DNA of 37,933 nt. Source: PVC group bacterium. Lineage in GTDB: Bacteria; Auribacterota; Erginobacteria; Erginobacterales; Erginobacteraceae. Positions 35,304 to 37,933 of the stretch are shown in pieces. Made by a program: the position numbers and the translations under genes. Positions within the stretch are counted from its first letter, which is position 1; each line of letters begins with the position of its first letter. The stretch covers positions 1 to 37,933 of the forward strand of contig JAZDIV010000080.1 in the NCBI GenBank assembly GCA_043804695.1, written 5' to 3'. The notes below the pieces were generated by a model. That model made no database searches. It was not told where the DNA came from and saw only the letters and a list, made by a program, of their open reading frames with translations.

Positions 35304-35725
35304 GTGATTGAATGGGGTTTTGGCCCGTGCCCGGGGCATGTAAAGACGGTAAGCAGTAAAAGTGACATCCCGGTGCTGGGCCAACCGTTTACTGATCACT
35401 GTTTACTGATTACTTGTTTTTCGGTTCGACGTTCGATGTTCATTTGTTATTTCTCCCCGCCTTGGCCGCTTATAATGATCCAGCCAAGACCCCCGTGACT
35501 TTATGCCACGGGTGAATTAGTTTATCCGCTGCAGAAGCTCGCTCCTCCCAACTTCAAACCGTGCGAGGGCCGGGAGGGGGGATCGCCGATGTAGCCGGCG
35601 AACTTGCGCTCCGGTGAGATTCCTTCGACTTTGCTCAGGATCTTCGAAAACTCACCGGGGGCGTACTCGAATATCAGGCATAAATGGTATACGTTTTACC
35701 TGTTACCCTCAACTGTCAACCATCT
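35304..35725. repeat. ~420-bp direct repeat, copy 1 (composite of smaller elements)
   Basis: Aligns by eye with 36288-36910 at high identity apart from heptamer copy number and one MITE. Confidence 0.92.
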
Positions 35726-35939
35726 GACGATCCTGCAAGGCGCCGCCGACCCCGCAGTGGAAATTATTTCAATTCAGATAAAGCTGGCAACAAAACCATA
35801 AAAGTGTTATCTATTGAACCTGAAATGTTAACCATGTTCAGATCTCTCAAGAATGCTTCTGCGCTATGTGGGAGGGCTTTTTAAGCCCGAGTGCTATCTT
35901 TTTCAGTCAACTGTCAACCGACCTTATGAGGCGATTAAA

Positions 35940-36167
35940 ATGTTTGATCGAATATCTATTAATCCGGATATTTGCCATGGGAAACCATGTATCAAGGGAA
36001 CTCGCATAATGATTTTAATAATCCTTGGATTATTGGAAGAAGGTTTTTCTTTCGAGCAAATAATCGATGAGTACCCCGAGTTAGAGAAGGCGGATATCGC
36101 CGAAGCTATACATTATGCTAAAGCCATTATAGAAAATGAGCAGATAGAACTTGTCACACTCGCGTAG
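35940..36167 (+). CDS. DUF433-domain protein (putative antitoxin), 75 aa from ATG 35940
   Basis: RISINPDICHGKPCIKGTRI...IIDEYPEL..ADIAEAIHYA signature; GAGG upstream of this ATG. Confidence 0.9.
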   Translation: MFDRISINPDICHGKPCIKGTRIMILIILGLLEEGFSFEQIIDEYPELEKADIAEAIHYAKAIIENEQIELVTLA

Positions 36168-36716
36168 AAAATGAAACTTGCATCAGATCACGATCATTTA
36201 TTTGAGTAACATGAAGGCAATCCACTATTAAAGTTTCGGGGCGGATCAGACGATTGTCTAAGATCCGGCAAGCTTTTTGACGAGGAGGTGATTGAATGGG
36301 GTTTTGGCCCGTGTCCGGGGCATGTAAAGACGGTGAGCAGTAAAAGTGACATCCCGGTGCCGGGCCAACCGTTTACTGATCACTGCTTACTGATTACTTG
36401 TTTTTCGTTCGACGTTGGAGGTTGGATGTTCGATGTTGGACGTTCGATGTTGGACGTTCGATGTTCGATAGTTCATTTGTTATTTCTCCCCGCCTCGGCC
36501 GCTTATAATGATCCAGTCAAGACCCCCGTGGCTTTATGCCACGGGGAGAATTAGTTTATCCGCTGCAGAAGCTCGCTCCTCCCAACTTCAAACCGTGCGA
36601 GGGCCGGGAGGGGGGATTGCCGATGTAGCCGGTGAACTTGTGCTCTGGTGAGATTCCTTCGACTTTGCTCAGGATCTTAGAAAACTCACCGGGGGCGTAC
36701 TCGAATATCAGACATA

Positions 36717-36866
36717 CTAAGGAGAGCATAATCGAAATAGTCATTGCGAGCGAAGCGAAGCAATCTCTTGTTCGCCAACTAATTGAGATTGCGGAGCCTG
36801 TCCCGAACTCTAGTGAGGGATCTCGTTCCTCGCAATGACATGTAACCTATCTTATGCTCTCCTTAG
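36717..36866. mobile_element. 150-bp MITE, 15-bp perfect TIRs, TA duplication (IS630/Tc1-mariner-like signature)
   Basis: ta-CTAAGGAGAGCATAA...TTATGCTCTCCTTAG-ta; the paralogous site in copy 1 (ggca-ta-aatgg) is empty with a single TA. Confidence 0.9.
36740..36839. repeat. GTCATTGCGAG...CTCGCAATGAC palindromic element, copy 2
   Basis: gtcattgcgagcgaagcgaagcaatctc...gagattgc...ctcgcaatgac. Confidence 0.8.
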
Positions 36867-36938
36867 TAATTGGCATACGTTTAAACTATTGCCGTCAACT
36901 GTAAACCATTTATCGACCCAGCCAGTTGAATTTATTGC

Positions 36939-36967
36939 TTGCTTGCCATCCGGCTATTTAGTATAAA
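36939..36967 (+). promoter_or_regulatory. Putative promoter of the TPR gene
   Basis: TTGCTT-17 nt-TATAAA. Confidence 0.45.
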
Positions 36968-37016
36968 GATGCCTCACGTTAAAATTATAACCGGGATTTC
37001 CCCCCGGGGAAATTAC

Positions 37017-37933
37017 ATGACGCGGATCGCCGCCATCATTTGCACAGTACTTTTATCTTCGGCTGCCTTTGTCCCGGGCTTTGCTTTCGGAGCAACGGAT
37101 ACCGGCAAATTGATAGCCGAAGGGAAAACCCTCCTTGAGCTTGGACAGTATGAAGAAGCTCAGGCTACCTTCCGGAGAATTCTCGCCGAAGATCCCGAGA
37201 ATGTTGAAGCGCTGTTATACCTCCAGGAAACCGGTGTCAGCGAGCCGCCTCCCGCGACCGGCGAGCAGCCGGCCGTCAACGGTCAGCCGTCAACCATCCC
37301 GGGTCAACCTCCGGAAGAATCTGTTCAGCAGCTGGAAGAAGTGGGAGTTGATCCGGGTGTCAATCCCACCGAGCCTGACGACGGTTCAGCGCTGGAACTG
37401 GAAAGCGAACCCGAACCCTTCCGGGGTCACGAGGACATGGTGGTCCCCGTGCCTTTTGAAGAGCAGGTCAGCACTGAATCCCAGGAAGAGCAGGTTGAGC
37501 GGCCGGAGCCGGCTGTCCCCGACTCCCCGCGCCGGCGCTTGCAGTATTATTACCGGAAAGGCCTGGAGGAGTATGAGGCTAAAAATTACCCGGAAGCCAT
37601 CCACTCCTTTGAAAAAGTTCAGGAACTGGAGACCGGCTACCGCCGGGCCGATTACTACCGCCGGGAATCTTGGAACAGGCTGGCCGATCAGCAATGGGAA
37701 GGAAAAGGAGAAGAGCGGGCTGAAGAACAGCCGAAGGGGAAGGAGAGTTATGACGCCTATGCCCGGGGCAAGGAATACATGAGATACGGCAGGTACGAGG
37801 CCGCGATCCAGGAGTTCCAGACAGTCCTCGACCGCGAACCGGACCACCAGGGGGCCCGGGCATTACAGGAAGAAGCGCGTTTGAAACTGGAAAAGACCGC
37901 CTTCGAGGATGAAGTCGCCGCCGCGGAACAGCT
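37017..37933 (+). CDS. Exported tetratricopeptide-repeat protein (runs off the window; not in ORF track)
   Basis: Manual translation MTRIAAIICTVLLSSAAFVPGFAFG...GKTLLELGQYEEAQATFRRILAEDPENVEALLYL...acidic Pro linker...GKEYMRYGRYEAAIQEFQTVLDREPDHQGA; no stop seen to window end. Confidence 0.85.
   Translation, partial: MTRIAAIICTVLLSSAAFVPGFAFGATDTGKLIAEGKTLLELGQYEEAQATFRRILAEDPENVEALLYLQETGVSEPPPATGEQPAVNGQPSTIPGQPPEESVQQLEEVGVDPGVNPTEPDDGSALELESEPEPFRGHEDMVVPVPFEEQVSTESQEEQVERPEPAVPDSPRRRLQYYYRKGLEEYEAKNYPEAIHSFEKVQELETGYRRADYYRRESWNRLADQQWEGKGEERAEEQPKGKESYDAYARGKEYMRYGRYEAAIQEFQTVLDREPDHQGARALQEEARLKLEKTAFEDEVAAAEQ

Larger units (their letters stand above)
36288..36910. repeat. Direct repeat copy 2, with expanded heptamer array and inserted MITE
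   Basis: Matches copy 1; the (gttcgat/gttggac) array grows from about 3 to about 9 units at ~36408-36476. Confidence 0.92.

Noticed and set aside
35853..35939. N-terminal extension of the DUF433 ORF in the track
   Set aside because: Family similarity begins at MFDRISINP and ATG 35940 has a GAGG upstream.
35304..36838. Duplicated short ORFs (MIEWGFGPC..., ...GEIPSTLLRI..., IFEYAPGEFSKILSKVEG)
   Set aside because: They lie in the composite repeat, are not kept intact between copies and include translated REP-like motifs.
37135..37863. 215-, 153- and 94-aa ORFs at the right end
   Set aside because: Alternate frames of the TPR gene starting at 37017, which the track missed because it has no stop in the window.
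1..37933. tRNA, rRNA, transposase or integrase genes
   Set aside because: None recognised; gttcga strings belong to heptamer arrays and lack a cloverleaf context.

Overview
Chromosomal window from a GC-rich bacterium. A PVC-superphylum-like lineage is inferred from the bS21 sequence style and the ribH-nusB-ftsY order. Left third: a small DUF5989-like ORF, smc, an FMN riboswitch leading ribBA-ribH-nusB-PHP-ftsY-ribD-ribE, then tonB, rpsU, a TIM-barrel protein and a PA2779-like protein. Centre: a 17.7-kb gene for a 5,896-aa secreted modular beta-helix surface protein. Right: a GT-C glycosyltransferase, an orphan DUF433 gene between ~420-bp direct repeats, and a truncated TPR gene. The unusual signal is non-coding. 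(1) Eight genes have a perfect or near-perfect hairpin with a c-G(G/A)A-g triloop at or just upstream of the start codon; stems vary but the loop does not. (2) Three of these hairpins end a ~240-bp repeated leader with a covarying stem. (3) Almost every intergenic region holds non-autonomous repeats: 7/9/10-mer arrays punctuated by a shared AAAAGGGGGCGAGG motif, REP doublets, IS200/605-end-like hairpins and MITEs with TIRs/TSDs nested up to three deep, plus a duplicated ribH 3' end. No transposase, integrase, reverse transcriptase, CRISPR array or tRNA/rRNA gene was seen.
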